From Eledone cirrhosa (lineage: Eukaryota), in the NCBI GenBank assembly GCA_964016885.1, contig OZ024740.1:346332001-346396000 (forward strand): a DNA stretch of 64,000 nt, given 5' to 3'. The stretch's first letter is position 1, and the number at the start of each line of letters is the position of its first letter. Below are positions 27,410 through 41,740 of the stretch, piece after piece. The position numbers were made by a program, and so were the translations under genes. Below the pieces are notes generated by a model. That model was not told the DNA's origin and searched no databases. It saw only the letters and a list, made by a program, of their open reading frames with translations.

Positions 27410-28606
27410 CATATATATATGTATATATGTATATATGTATATATATAACAACACACATGTGCATGCGCACACATACACACACATATACACTCCCATACAC
27501 ACACGTACACACTCACATATACATACATACACACACATACACTCACATATTTATTATATATATCTATATATATACATATATATATATATTTATATATATA
27601 TATATATACGTGTGTGTATGTGTGTGCGTGCGTGTATAAATTATATATATAAATATGCTATATATACATATACACATATATAAATACATCCATATATATA
27701 TATATGTATATATGTATATATAGTGTAGATATGATACAAATATATAATGACATTGTGAGTATATCTAAAATTACCTATATACACACATATATGCTCATAT
27801 GCTCACGTAGATTAATACATGCAAACATGCATATTAAACCAATATAATCAGCTGTGTAAAGCCTCCTCATTGTGAGCAGCATTCGCCCGATATACAGACA
27901 ATAAAGTAAGCAGTATACAGGCCAGGAAACAAATTTTTGAAACCTAAAGAAAATGAACGACAGAGCCGAGACTTGAGACCAAGAAAGCCCCGTCAATTCG
28001 AAAGGAAAAATAGCCATTCTAAACTTTGATGGATTACTTGCGTTCGTGCAGAGCGTCAGCTAGTAGTGTCCACTCACGCTTTATAACTCGTATAGCTGGG
28101 ACAAGTTTCCCCTTCAACGAAACGTAATCCGCTCAATGTATTAGATATACGGTTGAAATATTCTTCAGATCTCTTCGAATCTAAAATTTATATCAAGAAT
28201 AGTAAACCTATTCTTTCAGAGTTTTCGAGAGCAGTCACTAAATTACTTCCTGCATTCTTATCTTTACACTCCCCCCTCCACTACAATTTTCCTCACATTA
28301 TTGCAGTTCGCTGTTTTTTTTTTATTGCCATCACCACCCGCCTTATATCTTCTTTCTATTTTTTTTTACTTTATCATTTTCTTCATCTCTTATTCGTCTC
28401 TTAATTTCCTTTCTTTCTTCCTTCTCTTTCTATCTTCCTTTTTCTTTTTCTATCTTTCCATCTCTATTTTAATTCATTCGCCCGCCTCCTCTCTCACAGT
28501 TGTTATAAATTACTGCATTTTTCTTTATACCAGTGTTTGTGTGAATGTATATTTGAATATATGTGTACGTTTGATATTCAGTATAAATTCTTGTGTGAAA
28601 AAGAGT

Positions 28607-28914
<308 letters not shown>

Positions 28915-28921
28915 CCTCTTT

Positions 28922-28953
<32 letters not shown>

Positions 28954-28961
28954 CTGTGTGT

Positions 28962-28995
<34 letters not shown>

Positions 28996-29835
28996 AGTGT
29001 GTGTTTGTGTGTGTACGTAGGTAAATGTGTGTTTGTCTATCTGTGTGTTTGTGTGGATGCAGTCGGAGAGCTGTTTGCTTTTGAAGAAAAGGCTTCAGCC
29101 ATTATCCTGCTATTCAATACATCATCATTATTGACGTAGAAATCACCACCAGGGATACCTTCAACACGTTTCGTACACATCCTATGGCTTTCTTTATCCC
29201 TATTCTTACCACTATGTTCATCATTGTCCAGATCATCGTAGTCATCATGACTGGCATTGTGGTCATCATTAACGCCTTCAACCCAACCCCCTCCACCACC
29301 ATCACCAACACCACAAACGGCACAACAAGTAGGTTAACAACAACGTAACCAACATCATCATCGCTAATAACAGCAACAACAATTACAATAACAAACAAGT
29401 AAAAAAAAAACAAAAAAAAAACAGCAGTAAATGAGGACTGACAGAGACAAAATATATTTCTTTTTCTCTACAAACCATGGCGACAGCAGGAACCTCGAGT
29501 CCTGAAAGTTTATATGTCGTTCATCGAACTGCTAAAAACAGCAGCTGAATTCCGCTTGTACCAAGTTCGTATTAGATAATGTAATTGTATCGATATCAGA
29601 TGGGAATGACATGGATGATGCGCCTTGATCAATGATCTCAATATGATCATCACCTCCATCATCAACTGTGATCGTGGGCTGAAATGGAAACTCCGATATC
29701 AGGGGTGTCAGCATCATATTTCGCCAATCGTCAGTGTGGGCATCATATATCCTTCACCTGTAACTCTCTGTCACCATCAGCACCATCAGCACCATCAGTG
29801 ACATCATCATAAATATCAACATCATCATATACTTT

Positions 29836-29880
<45 letters not shown>

Positions 29881-32127
29881 TCCATCACCATCATCATCAT
29901 CGTCGACATTATGATGTTCATCATACACAACATTACATAAAATTATTCATTTCACTATCAGCAGAATCATCATTGTTATCAAGACCACCATTGTTACTTG
30001 GTTTACTTAATCATATCTGCATGTTTTACCTTCAGCCTTGTCAAAGGCATCATAACTACGAAGATGACTATGATAAAGATGTTGATAATGATGATGGTGA
30101 TGATGATGATGAGGAGGGTGATGATGATTATGATGTCATTCTTTACATGAATAATAACCTCAAGCTGCGATGATAGATTGTGTAATTGGTGGCGACGATA
30201 GAAATATGTTGTTGTTTCAAGTCAATAAGCACAGAGGAAAATAAGCAGACGTTGGTGCCATCGCCTAGCTGATGTTAGAAATAAGAAAACAAAACTAAAT
30301 CATCTTCAAATTGCTCACTTCTTTCTTGTAAAATGACACATTTAAAGCCGAGGAAAGTGCAGAATAGTTATGACTTCAATGCACATAGTCGTAGTTCTTC
30401 AAGATTACAGTAAGCATAGGGTTAAACAACAAGTAAAAATACAATCTAATGGATTAGACATTTGGAAAATTTCTCATTAATTTCTGTTTAACTGTCATAC
30501 ATGAAATTAATCTATATTTTATGTTTGGATTCTTGTAAAAGATGATTATATGTAGTACGTTAATGGCCGGTTATCACCAAATCCTGATGATAATAACTGC
30601 TCTATATATTGTAAGTATGGAATAACTATCTACAGTTCAACATGGGCTGATGGGATGAACATTCAGATTAATACCAAAACGCCCCTGAAGCTAAATTGTG
30701 ATAAATATAACATTTTATTTATATGGCGTGTGGAAGGAACTACTCTTACGGTCTGTACAACTCAAACAAGCATACAAACCCTACTGCTGTTGAGATGTTG
30801 TGAACTTTCAGTGATTCAGGTGAAATATAGTTGCTTTACTTAAGTTTATGTGCATTTATATAACATGTATGCCATTTGCATTGTACACTATAACATTTCC
30901 TAAAACACTTTGTATATCTTCATTAACATTCATAGAGGATTAGTGATTTAACGTGGTATATGGGGAAAGTTTGTGCATTTTCCTCTGTTCCTACTAATCT
31001 ATAATTGTAATAACAAGTAACATAGGTTAGGACGGTAATATTGTAGCTGCCATAAATTACACAGTAGCTGAAGAGTTGAACAGTTAAAAAATAACCAGAT
31101 GTCTCCTGTGGAAGCTTGTATATATATATCCCTATAATGTAATTTAATATAATATATATATATATATACAGTGTTTGTGTGTATGTTTGTTTTTCTGTGT
31201 GAGTGTGTGTGTGTGTTTGTTTGTTTGTGTGTGTGTGTATGTGTGTGTGTGTGTTTGTTTGTGTGTGTGTGTGCGTGTGCGTGTGTGGGTGTATGTATGT
31301 ATGTATGTATGTGTGTGTGTGGGGGGGGTGTATGTGTGTAAAATGTAATAACAACAGAAACATAACGAAGAAATATGTAATTTTAACACTTGAAATAATA
31401 GGAAAATGTCTTAACCTTTCGGAGGCTAGTTATTCGTCACAAAATAGAAAGATAATGAGAGAAATGATTGTGTGCGTATAAAAAAATATGAAAACAATTG
31501 CCTAGATACAAATACAGGCATATTTCCTGATGATATCAAAGGTATGATTGAGCTAGTACATACTTTCATACAAAAAATATAAAATCGCTTTGTTGTCATT
31601 TACACGCTAGAGCTTTTGTTGGGCTTTTGATTCTTTAAGTCTATTTAAGAAAACAAGACTTTCAGAAATCATATTCGTCTCAGTCAAAAAATTATTTTCA
31701 TTTAATTCAACATATTCTCCAACAACAGCGAAAATACTAATGGCAGACTGTTTCAAAGCGCCTAGACGTTATCTCTAAAGAAACCATCGATCAAGTTCTT
31801 TTTACAATCCCAAGAGAAAAAGTGGGGGTCAGAGGAGGTTAGTGCAGGGTAAGGTGTAGCTTAACAGCTCATGATTTAAAGAAACACGGTGAACAGAGTC
31901 AGCCGTACATGTCAAAATGTTGAGAAAAAGATAAGCCCGTTGAGGACATTAGAGGAACGTAGATCGCGAAGGCGATTCATCACAGCGCTTAGCCACTCAA
32001 ACTTGTAAGTGAAATATAGAAAACTATGACTTAGATATGCATTTACATTCTGTACGTGGATACATACGAATACTCACACTATACATACGCATGTAGCTGT
32101 GTATAAATTCACACAAACACGCACGCG

Positions 32128-32244
<117 letters not shown>

Positions 32245-33140
32245 GCAAAAGTTCTATTTAAATTTTTGGGATACAACAAGCAAATATTTTAACTGATATA
32301 AAGCACTCGACAAGTTTTTGGAGTAAATATACGATATTAACAAATAGAAACAATATTTATAAAACCATATCTATTTTATTATACATATTTCAAGGATACC
32401 ATGTTAAATTATGTTATGCTTTCATCAGACAAAATACAATATATACCAGTTTTATAAATAAATTTTGACATACCCTTTCAAAATGTAACCGTTACTTTTG
32501 GAAGACATCAGGGATATTGGATTTGTTTATCTTAGTAAGTCATTGTGTTACGGAGAAGGAAAAAGACGGAGAGAGAGAAAAACCGAGAGAGTGAAAAGTT
32601 GAGAAAGAAAGGGAGATATAAAAGAAAAAGAGAAAAAAAAAAAGAAAAAAGAAAAAAGAAAAAGGAGAGAGAGATATCAAAACACCAGACAGAGAGGAAA
32701 AAATCAAGAGAGAGAAATATAGAGATAGAGAAAGGGGGAGAAAACGAAAACCTTAAGTCATGTCATATTAAGTTAAGTTAACAATTGAGATGAATGAATA
32801 AATAAAATTAGAAATATTAATATTCATGAATGGAATATACATATATAATATGAGAAATTAATCATTGTTTTACTATGATTAGATATTTAGTTTAAAAGTT
32901 GAGATTAATATATTAAAAATTGGAATTTAAACGTTAAGAAATCTATATATTGCTAGAGAAAATGACCTATCATATAACACGTACACACACGCAAAAAATA
33001 CATATAAATATATATATATATATATACACACCCAGAAGATACACATTATATCTACTCCCGTATATAATATATGCATACAAAGCATAAATGATTTTTTTTA
33101 TTATTAATGTTATACATCCCTTATATATGTTATAGATCCC

Positions 33141-33173
<33 letters not shown>

Positions 33174-33345
33174 GAATTTATATATAATAAGATACGTATT
33201 GTGAATGCAAGTGTTTGTATACAGTGTCGTGCAGATAGATACTGAAAAAGTATTTAATTGAAAATAATAGCAGCGTTTATATAATCAATTAATATATTTT
33301 AATGAAATGTTATACATGGTTGGGCACTTATATAAGGTACGAAAT

Positions 33346-33554
33346 TCACTCGACGTGGTCAACATCAGCGAATACCTCTTTCTCTAGGTTGGAAATGAAG
33401 TTGGAGCAGGCCTTCGTGACGGCGTCCCTGTCTATGTTGGCCAGGGCGTCTCTGATGACTGCCGTGAGTAACACCTTGGTGGTGTTCACCTCCCTCTCCA
33501 AGACGCCCCACAGAAATATTTAAGAGGATTACAGTCTTGATATGACAGGGGCCA
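33346..33554 (-). mobile_element. Tc1/mariner (maT/DD37D-like) transposase C-terminal remnant
   Basis: WPLSYQDCNPL/YFLWGVLEREVN..AVTKACSNF..DHVE* (WPPxSPDxNPLDY motif, frameshifted). Confidence 0.75.
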
Positions 33555-34518
33555 GTGGTACGGCATGTTGGCGAAGAGCGAGGCCTGGGTAGTACTGGCC
33601 TTGTGTGAGTGGTTGGAGTAATGTTAAAAGACATAATGCCTCCCATTAATAAACTTGTCAGTCCAGGACTTGATGTGGTTGTATATTCAATGATTTCCTT
33701 GTTTCTTTTTAGCGTGAGGGCTCTTCACAGCAGCAGCTCGACGATCGTATTCTGAAAACAAGTCGATTACTAAGTATCTCGTTCCTCAATGGCCAGACAG
33801 CTACTGAAGTATAGTACATTCTAATAGCACTCTGGAAACTAATTGGTATAGTCTTGAGCTTGAGTTTCATATGACTTTGGCTCGAGCACAGGAACTTTTA
33901 GTGTTGTTTTGTCTTCTAAGAGAGCAACCCCGTGAACTTTTCCCTGTAATGAGGGTTATGAACAAAACATGACGTAGAAACCTTTACTCGTCCATTCTTG
34001 CACCATATTCTTCCCCCCCAAAACGGGGTTTTATGTTCAATGTTTTGTTGCTTTGGCTGTTAGCTCCTTTCTGAACGTTGTTAGTCTCATATTAGTGACG
34101 TTCAAGTTTGAACGAAAATGTTGCTGGTGATAGCGTTTTAAGTTTTGAATGTCATGACGATATTGTGTTCAGGCTTCTCAGCCATGTAGCAAAGTGGAAA
34201 GCAGAACAGCATTATAGACCAACATTTTTGTTATATATTCAAGATAATATTGAAGTGTAAAGATATGTGAATAAGTACGAGGGTTATCAGATGCTGCAGA
34301 AAAAATATATAGTTTTTTTTTACATGACATAACGAGATGCATAAATGTCATTTCAGATGTATTTGTATCCCAAGTGCTTTGAAAATGTAACTTACCTTGT
34401 TCGGGCTTTGAATAAAAAGAAGTCCCAAACCCCCATGTATTTTTATGGTGTTAGTCTATCACACCTCCGTTTTCTCTATTCCTCACTCATTCATTTACTC
34501 TTATACACATAAATACAA

Positions 34519-34552
<34 letters not shown>

Positions 34553-34610
34553 GAATATATATGAGTATGTCTGTGTGCTTAAACAAAAGCATACATGCAT
34601 ACACACACGC

Positions 34611-34799
<189 letters not shown>

Positions 34800-34915
34800 C
34801 ATATATAGGATTGCAGTATCTGATTTCTTAATCTAACCAATATTTTTTCTCCCACTTAATGTCCTGTTTCTTTGCACTAGAATTTGCTAAAAACACACAC
34901 ACACACATATATATA

Positions 34916-34948
<33 letters not shown>

Positions 34949-35712
34949 CCACACTCACACACACACACACCCACACACACACCCACACACACATATATAT
35001 ATATACACACACACATACACATACGCTTCTTTTTAACGCCGAACTATAAACCAATTTCTCCATTAACAAATGTCACAAAATTGTTTTGCTCCGTCTCGCT
35101 GTGGTGGTAATAGTATATATTATGGTTTGCCACCAAATCCCACGTGGAATAGACGATTTCTTTATCGACTGTTCCATACCCATACCCAGGAAAAAAAACT
35201 GTTTTCAAGTTAGAATTATATCTACATAGGAAATGTAGACGTTGTCATGTTGGTTCTTATTTTAAAATGGTTTAGTATTTCTTTATTAAATGTATGAAAT
35301 GGTATGGGTATCATTGTACCATCATCGGCTTTATCCTCGTAACAGTTAATATGCTGATAAATATTATCTTTCTCATACTATTTTCAAAATCGCCACTTTT
35401 ATTACAAATATTGTCATCCTCTTCTTCAACATCACCATCACTATAAGGAAAACAAACTTCACTATATTTATCAATACAAGCATTATTAGTTCCAATATCA
35501 TCTTCTTCCGAATATTGATACCGATGACGATGATGATGATGATGATGAGAGAGAGGATGGCAATTGGTTGGATATGTGTGTATATGTACTGTATGTGAGT
35601 GTATGTATGTATATCTGTGTGCCTATATCTATGTATACATATGACTGCCTGTGTTTTGGTGTTTATTTTTATTTTTCCATCTTCGATTGTAACGTTTGCC
35701 TGTATTCACCTA

Positions 35713-35846
35713 TAATTGTTTCTACTTTAGGCACAAGGCCAGCAATTACCCCAGAGCATTACTGGTACTTTATTTTATCGACCCCTTAAGGATGAAAGGC
35801 AAAGTTAACCTCGGCGGGATTTGAACTCAGAACGTAAAGGGCCGTA
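35713..35846 (-). mobile_element. 5'-truncated tRNA-SINE with TSD
   Basis: Matches 19511-19650; TSD tgtattcacctataa at 35701 and 35858. Confidence 0.9.
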
Positions 35847-36319
35847 TTTCACCTATATGTATTCACCTATAAAACAAGTCATTTACTGAAATGATAAAAT
35901 ATAGGTTATCTAACTTTTGTTTTATGAAAGAAACATACTATTGTATAGTGATTTAAGTTTTAATTTTATTTTTATTTCTATTCTTCAATCTAAAAATGAC
36001 ATTTACCATTACCTTTATTATTTCTAATGAGGCGAAGAGTGAAAGTATTTACTTAATCGAAATTATTGATTATAGAAATTGTCTCCTCATTGCCGAAACG
36101 CACTTAAAATAAATTTAAAAAAAAAAGGTTTTTTTCCGTTATTTACAAATTAATCTAGTGTGATGCCCATTATTTTACAATATTTCGTGCCTTACCTCCT
36201 TGTCTTTACCTTGGATATATTTTATCGGAATGATTAATAATCATAAGAACATATTGATCATTCTAGCATCTTATTTAATCAAAACTAAGTGGATATGTCC
36301 ATTTATAAATCTCTATCTC

Positions 36320-36534
<215 letters not shown>

Positions 36535-37811
36535 ATATATATATATATATATGGGTGGAGGGTGCTTGTGTGTGTGAGGACTTAATATAAAGAAGCTACA
36601 GGACATATATGCAGTAGGAAAATCTATATATCATTAGCTTGATTGGGTCAGAGCTAAATGAAACTTTACCGTTAAACCAAAATAATATTCTTATGATTTC
36701 GAATGTCTTATGCAAGTACATCTTTCAAAATATTGCAGCTTATTTATTCCTCATGTATTGTGCATCAACAATTGATTAAAATGCCCGATTTAACTGCTCC
36801 GTGTAGAACCCAACAGTAAATATACTGTATCATATCATAGACTTCGATCAAGTAATGGTTTGTTAATGGATGGAAGGGCGGTGCCGATCTAAATACGAAT
36901 GTAGGGACCTTATTAGAATTATATTCTAGCAATGAACTCTATTGTGTGCACCCTCTTTCAACATAGAGACATTCATAAATATAGATAGTATAAGTGGAAT
37001 CAAGGGACCAAGGATATCATCCGAGCAAAGAAAGAGACCCACAAAGCATGGCTTGGAAATAAATCCTATTTTCTTACACGTGGGGTACACGCAGACTCAA
37101 AGAATCCCAACAGAGACAGTAAAGGGGTCCAGAGTTATGACATGGGAGAACTTTTGGGTTAAGCTGGAACCCGACCCGATCAGCAAATGAAGCGTTCTCC
37201 ACGCCTGGTCTGTTAAAAGATTCTGGAGTTCTCTTCTCCTTAGAGAGGTGCATCCACTTGATCACAACATCTTCTGATGTATACGAGGTCTATATGGGAG
37301 TAATGACTAATATTGCCGAGGCTGTGTTCACAAAAGCAATGAAAAGTCTCAAATGTTCCCTAGATGTTAAAAGATTTAAATAGAGAAGGTAATCTCTGGC
37401 AGACTCCTATGTGCCGGGTGATTTGGATTTCCTGAAAGGCACCTAAGGAAAGGCATCAGGGATTCACTCCAGAGAGAGCTGCTACTTCTCCGAATTGAGA
37501 AATGACAGCTCTGAAACTATGGACATGAGGTTAGAATGTTTCAAGAAAGAATCGCTGGACAGATATTACGGACAAAACGAACCAGCAGGAAAGCCAGGAG
37601 TCGAGCCCTTGCAAAATGATTGGACATCCATGCGCTTTGTTGGTCACCCTTTGAGATCAAGCAGGATGAGTTGTAGACGGTTGTCTCTGACAGGTCTCTG
37701 TCCCCATATCTCAGGAATAATTGGGTGAAGTAGAAGACTAGTTTGACTGTTCAACATACAGTATCGTTTGGTTTGGTTACGTCTAATGTTCGCGCATACA
37801 CACACACACAT

Positions 37812-37860
<49 letters not shown>

Positions 37861-40129
37861 CATATGCTTCACATATGCACATCATTTGCCAGCGTATTAT
37901 TGATAATATATATCAGGATCAATGGAAAAATCTCAGAAACATGCGTTATCTAAAATATACAATGGACCACGTTTTTTTTCCACACGAGTTTCACGGAAAA
38001 TCATTTTTCATACTCAGTCAGAAAATATGTGTGGCATCAAAAGAATAAACGCTACGAAGCGAATCTACTATGTAGACTTAAGTTGTGGTTATACATACCA
38101 CCTTAAATCTTTCAATTAACACCATTATGTCTTACAAAAATATATTCATTTAATTCTGTGGTAGAAGAAATTGTTTGAAAATGAAAGATGTATGTTCATA
38201 CACACAGCCGTATTGGAATCGCTGCATATATTTCCCAAATATATAGCTGTCCAATACGACCCAAGAAAAAAAAAAAATAAATGCTTTGAGAATTTGCTTT
38301 TTATTTGTATTTTTGTTTTAAAATATATAAAAAAACATGGTGTTTGCCTTAATTTTGATAATAGGGCTTTTGTAATTGATAGCGTATTGGTGCAACGATC
38401 GAGAAATAGAATGTGAGTAAGAAAGAGAAGGAGAGATGAAAAGTTAGATAGACAGAGATAGATAGATAAATTTATAGAGAGTGAAGCGCCTGAGGAAAGA
38501 CGGTACAAGAATGACGAAAAGTTAGATAGAAAGAAAAACTGAGATACCATCATCATGAATACGCTAAAGCTAATTATGTTTGCTTTGTCTTTCTTTGGAA
38601 AACATAAGATAATTTATAATTTATAATTTATCTTTAAAGTTGAGTATCCGATTTGCTGATAATAAAAAGACATATATCAATCAGCACCTTTTTTTTTATA
38701 ATATGGATGAGAAATATTAATATTTCATCGAAAGGAATAAATAAAACAGGATAAATGTAATTATTTATTTATTCATCTTATTATTTATGCATTTAATATC
38801 ATTTATTTTTATTTTTCTAAAAAATATTTTGTATCACATCAAAGACAGGAAGGAAGGAAAATACACTATGAAATATGTCGAGAGGACAGTTTGGAAGCGA
38901 TTTGGTATTAATATGGTTAGCATTATTATTGCTGTGGGTGGTCGATGTCTAAAAGGAAAGTTAAAAACGAAAGATTGTTGTCCGGTGATCTGAGGACAAA
39001 TTGTTTTTGTTTTTTTTTTACTTTTGAGTTGAAATTCTAACTTGAGTTATATTCGTCAAGGAAATATAAAACAATATGCCAGTCAAATAATACATTGGAT
39101 TTAATCGACATTCCATTCCCCCAATTCTGTGTTAAAATTAGAAATCATTTTGAAGCTATAGTGGTTTGGGGTAACTTTAGAACGTCGACAAAAATGCTTT
39201 GCAGTATATTTTTGCGACTCTATATATTTTAGGTTCAAATTCCACCGATGCGAATCTTGCCTTTCATTCTTCCGAATTAAAATAAAGTACCAGTCTTGTA
39301 CTGAAGTTGATCTTCTTTTAAAATCATTCTTATAATTCCTGGTGGCAGAATCATTAAATGGTAGGACTATTTAGTTTCTACCGTTTATGTTTTGAATTAA
39401 TCTGTGAATTTGTAAAGCACCGGATAAAGTGCAATGCAATTTGTAATGCTGAGATCAAATTTCACAAATATTGATTTTGATTTTAATTCCTCCGGAGTTG
39501 AAAGATATGTCCCAGCCAGGAACTCTCTTCGGTATATTAAACCATATATCCCACCTCACCCAATCCAAATATATAGCATTGTCTGGAAACTGAAAATCCT
39601 TAATACTAGTGGTGCTTGTGGGACAAAATAACATCGTTAACAGACGGAATAAAAGGATTTCCGATCTTATTATCTTCGTTTTATGTTGATATTTTATTTC
39701 CACCATACATTATCACTAAAATAAGTACTAGGTAATTCATGATTGTAACATTGCCTTCTGGTAATTTATGTGACTTCGTGACTATCGTTGGAAATGTTAC
39801 ATTGATATAGCAAATATATTGAATGTCTGACCACAAAAACAGCAAGACATATATATTTAACTATTTCACTTTACATTCTGAGTATTGTGTTGTAGTCAAC
39901 TTTACCTTTTTTTTTTTTGTATATTTGTAAAAAATGTACCATTGAATCGATTTTCAAAATCGACTTGCGCATGTAAGTCGTGTAGCATTTGAGTATTTCA
40001 ACTGCATAAAATGATATGTGAACTGAGAAATCAAATTGTATCGTAATAAGTATTTTTTTAAGACTGTCAAGATAATTAGACAAGAATTCATTACATATTT
40101 ATACATGTATATCGATATCTATCTCCCCC

Positions 40130-40242
<113 letters not shown>

Positions 40243-40603
40243 TATGTATGTATGTATGCATGCATTAATATGTGCGTGTGTGTGTGTTTGTGTGTGTATT
40301 CAGGATATCCGAAGACGAAAGACGAAGGAGAAGTTTCATACACTTCAAATGCATGTGCGACTATTTATTTCGGAGTCCAATTATGCCCACCAAGCCGATC
40401 CCTCCTCGGACACGAGAACAAATATACGTTATAGAATCCACCCCATATATAACACGTAATGATAATAAGGCATGCAAGAACGCTCGTTTTCAACTTTGCT
40501 ACTAAATGTTTAAAGATGTTAAAATCGAGCATATATTTTGATATCAGCATGGGCTACGTTGACGGAATGGACATAGGTATGTTGGGTGGATTATAATTAT
40601 TAT

Positions 40604-41310
40604 AAGGATGAAAGGTAAAGTTAACCTCGGCAGGATTTGAACTCAGAATGGCAAGGGCCGTAGCTCTATGCGTCAAAGCATGGCGTCCGATTTACAAATA
40701 AATAATGGTTTCTTATTTAGGCACAAGGCCAGCAATTTTGGGTGAGGGGAAACTCGATTAAGTCGACCCCAGTGCGTGACTGGTACTTTATTTTATCGAC
40801 CCCGAAATGATGAAAGGCAAAGTTAACCTCGGCGGGATCTGAACTCAGATCATAAAGGGCCGTAACTCTTTGCTGCAAAGCATGGCATCCGACCCTCTAC
40901 CGATCCTGCCAATCCACCGCCCTGACTTACAAATAAATAATTGTTTCTACTCTTTGGCACAAGGCCAGCAATTAACTAGTATATTACTGGTACTTTATTT
41001 TATCGACCCCGTAAGGATGAAAGGCAAAGTTAACCTCGGAGGGATTTGAACTCAGATCGTTAAGGGACGTAACTATGCTGGAAAGCATGGTGTCTGACCC
41101 TCTACCGATACTGCCAATCCACCTTCAAATAAATAATTGTTTCTACTTTAGGCACAAGGCCAGCAAACACCCAGTGCATTACTGGTACTTTATTTTATCG
41201 ACCCCGTAAGGATGAAAGGCAAAGTAAACCTCGGTGGGATTTGAACTCAGACCGTAAGGGACGTAACTATGCTGGAAAGCATGGCGTCCGACTCTCTACC
41301 AATACTGCCA
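40604..41310 (-). mobile_element. Stack of four same-orientation tRNA-SINE copies
   Basis: Copies at ~40604-40690, 40700-40922, 40935-41123 and 41130-41310, joined by caaataaataa. Confidence 0.9.
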
Positions 41311-41417
41311 AAATATTTTGGAAACAGTGTCTTAGAGAAACATATATTAATGTTAGCTAAGCACTACTCTATATTGTTAAAATATTTAGTTAAAATATAG
41401 TTAGAAAAATTTATAAC

Positions 41418-41740
41418 ACATCATCTAGCAGAAATATATTTGATGAAGAAGTCCCCTTTTAAAACGATGTCATAGAAACAAGCAAGTTTAAGGAAATATA
41501 TATCTACAACATCACCACAAAACAGCCGACGAGGAATAGTCACTAATCTCATTGAACTTAATAGATAAGCACAACCCACTTGCATGTATATATATTGATA
41601 GAACAGACTACAATCTTTAAGGCAACAGTGAAGTTAATCAGCCTAACCGCACCATCAGCCAGAAGCTATATGACGGCCTTACGGAACGGTATTTGAAAGA
41701 TGAGTATACTACTAATCATAAATCATCGTTTCATTAGCGG
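41418..41740 (+). mobile_element. Old PLE relic (RT C-terminus and GIY-YIG N-terminal part)
   Basis: TSSSRNIFDEEVPF*NDVIETSKF; TIFKATVK; QKLYDGLTERYLKDEYTTNHKSSFH (YIGxTE..FK.R..NHKSSF-like), frameshifted. Confidence 0.55.

Noticed and set aside
36900-37760. GC-richer segment with short ORFs
   Set aside because: Probably a decayed retroelement, but no diagnostic motif could be read
40700-40922. tRNA gene
   Set aside because: A/B boxes belong to a multi-copy SINE head; no cloverleaf
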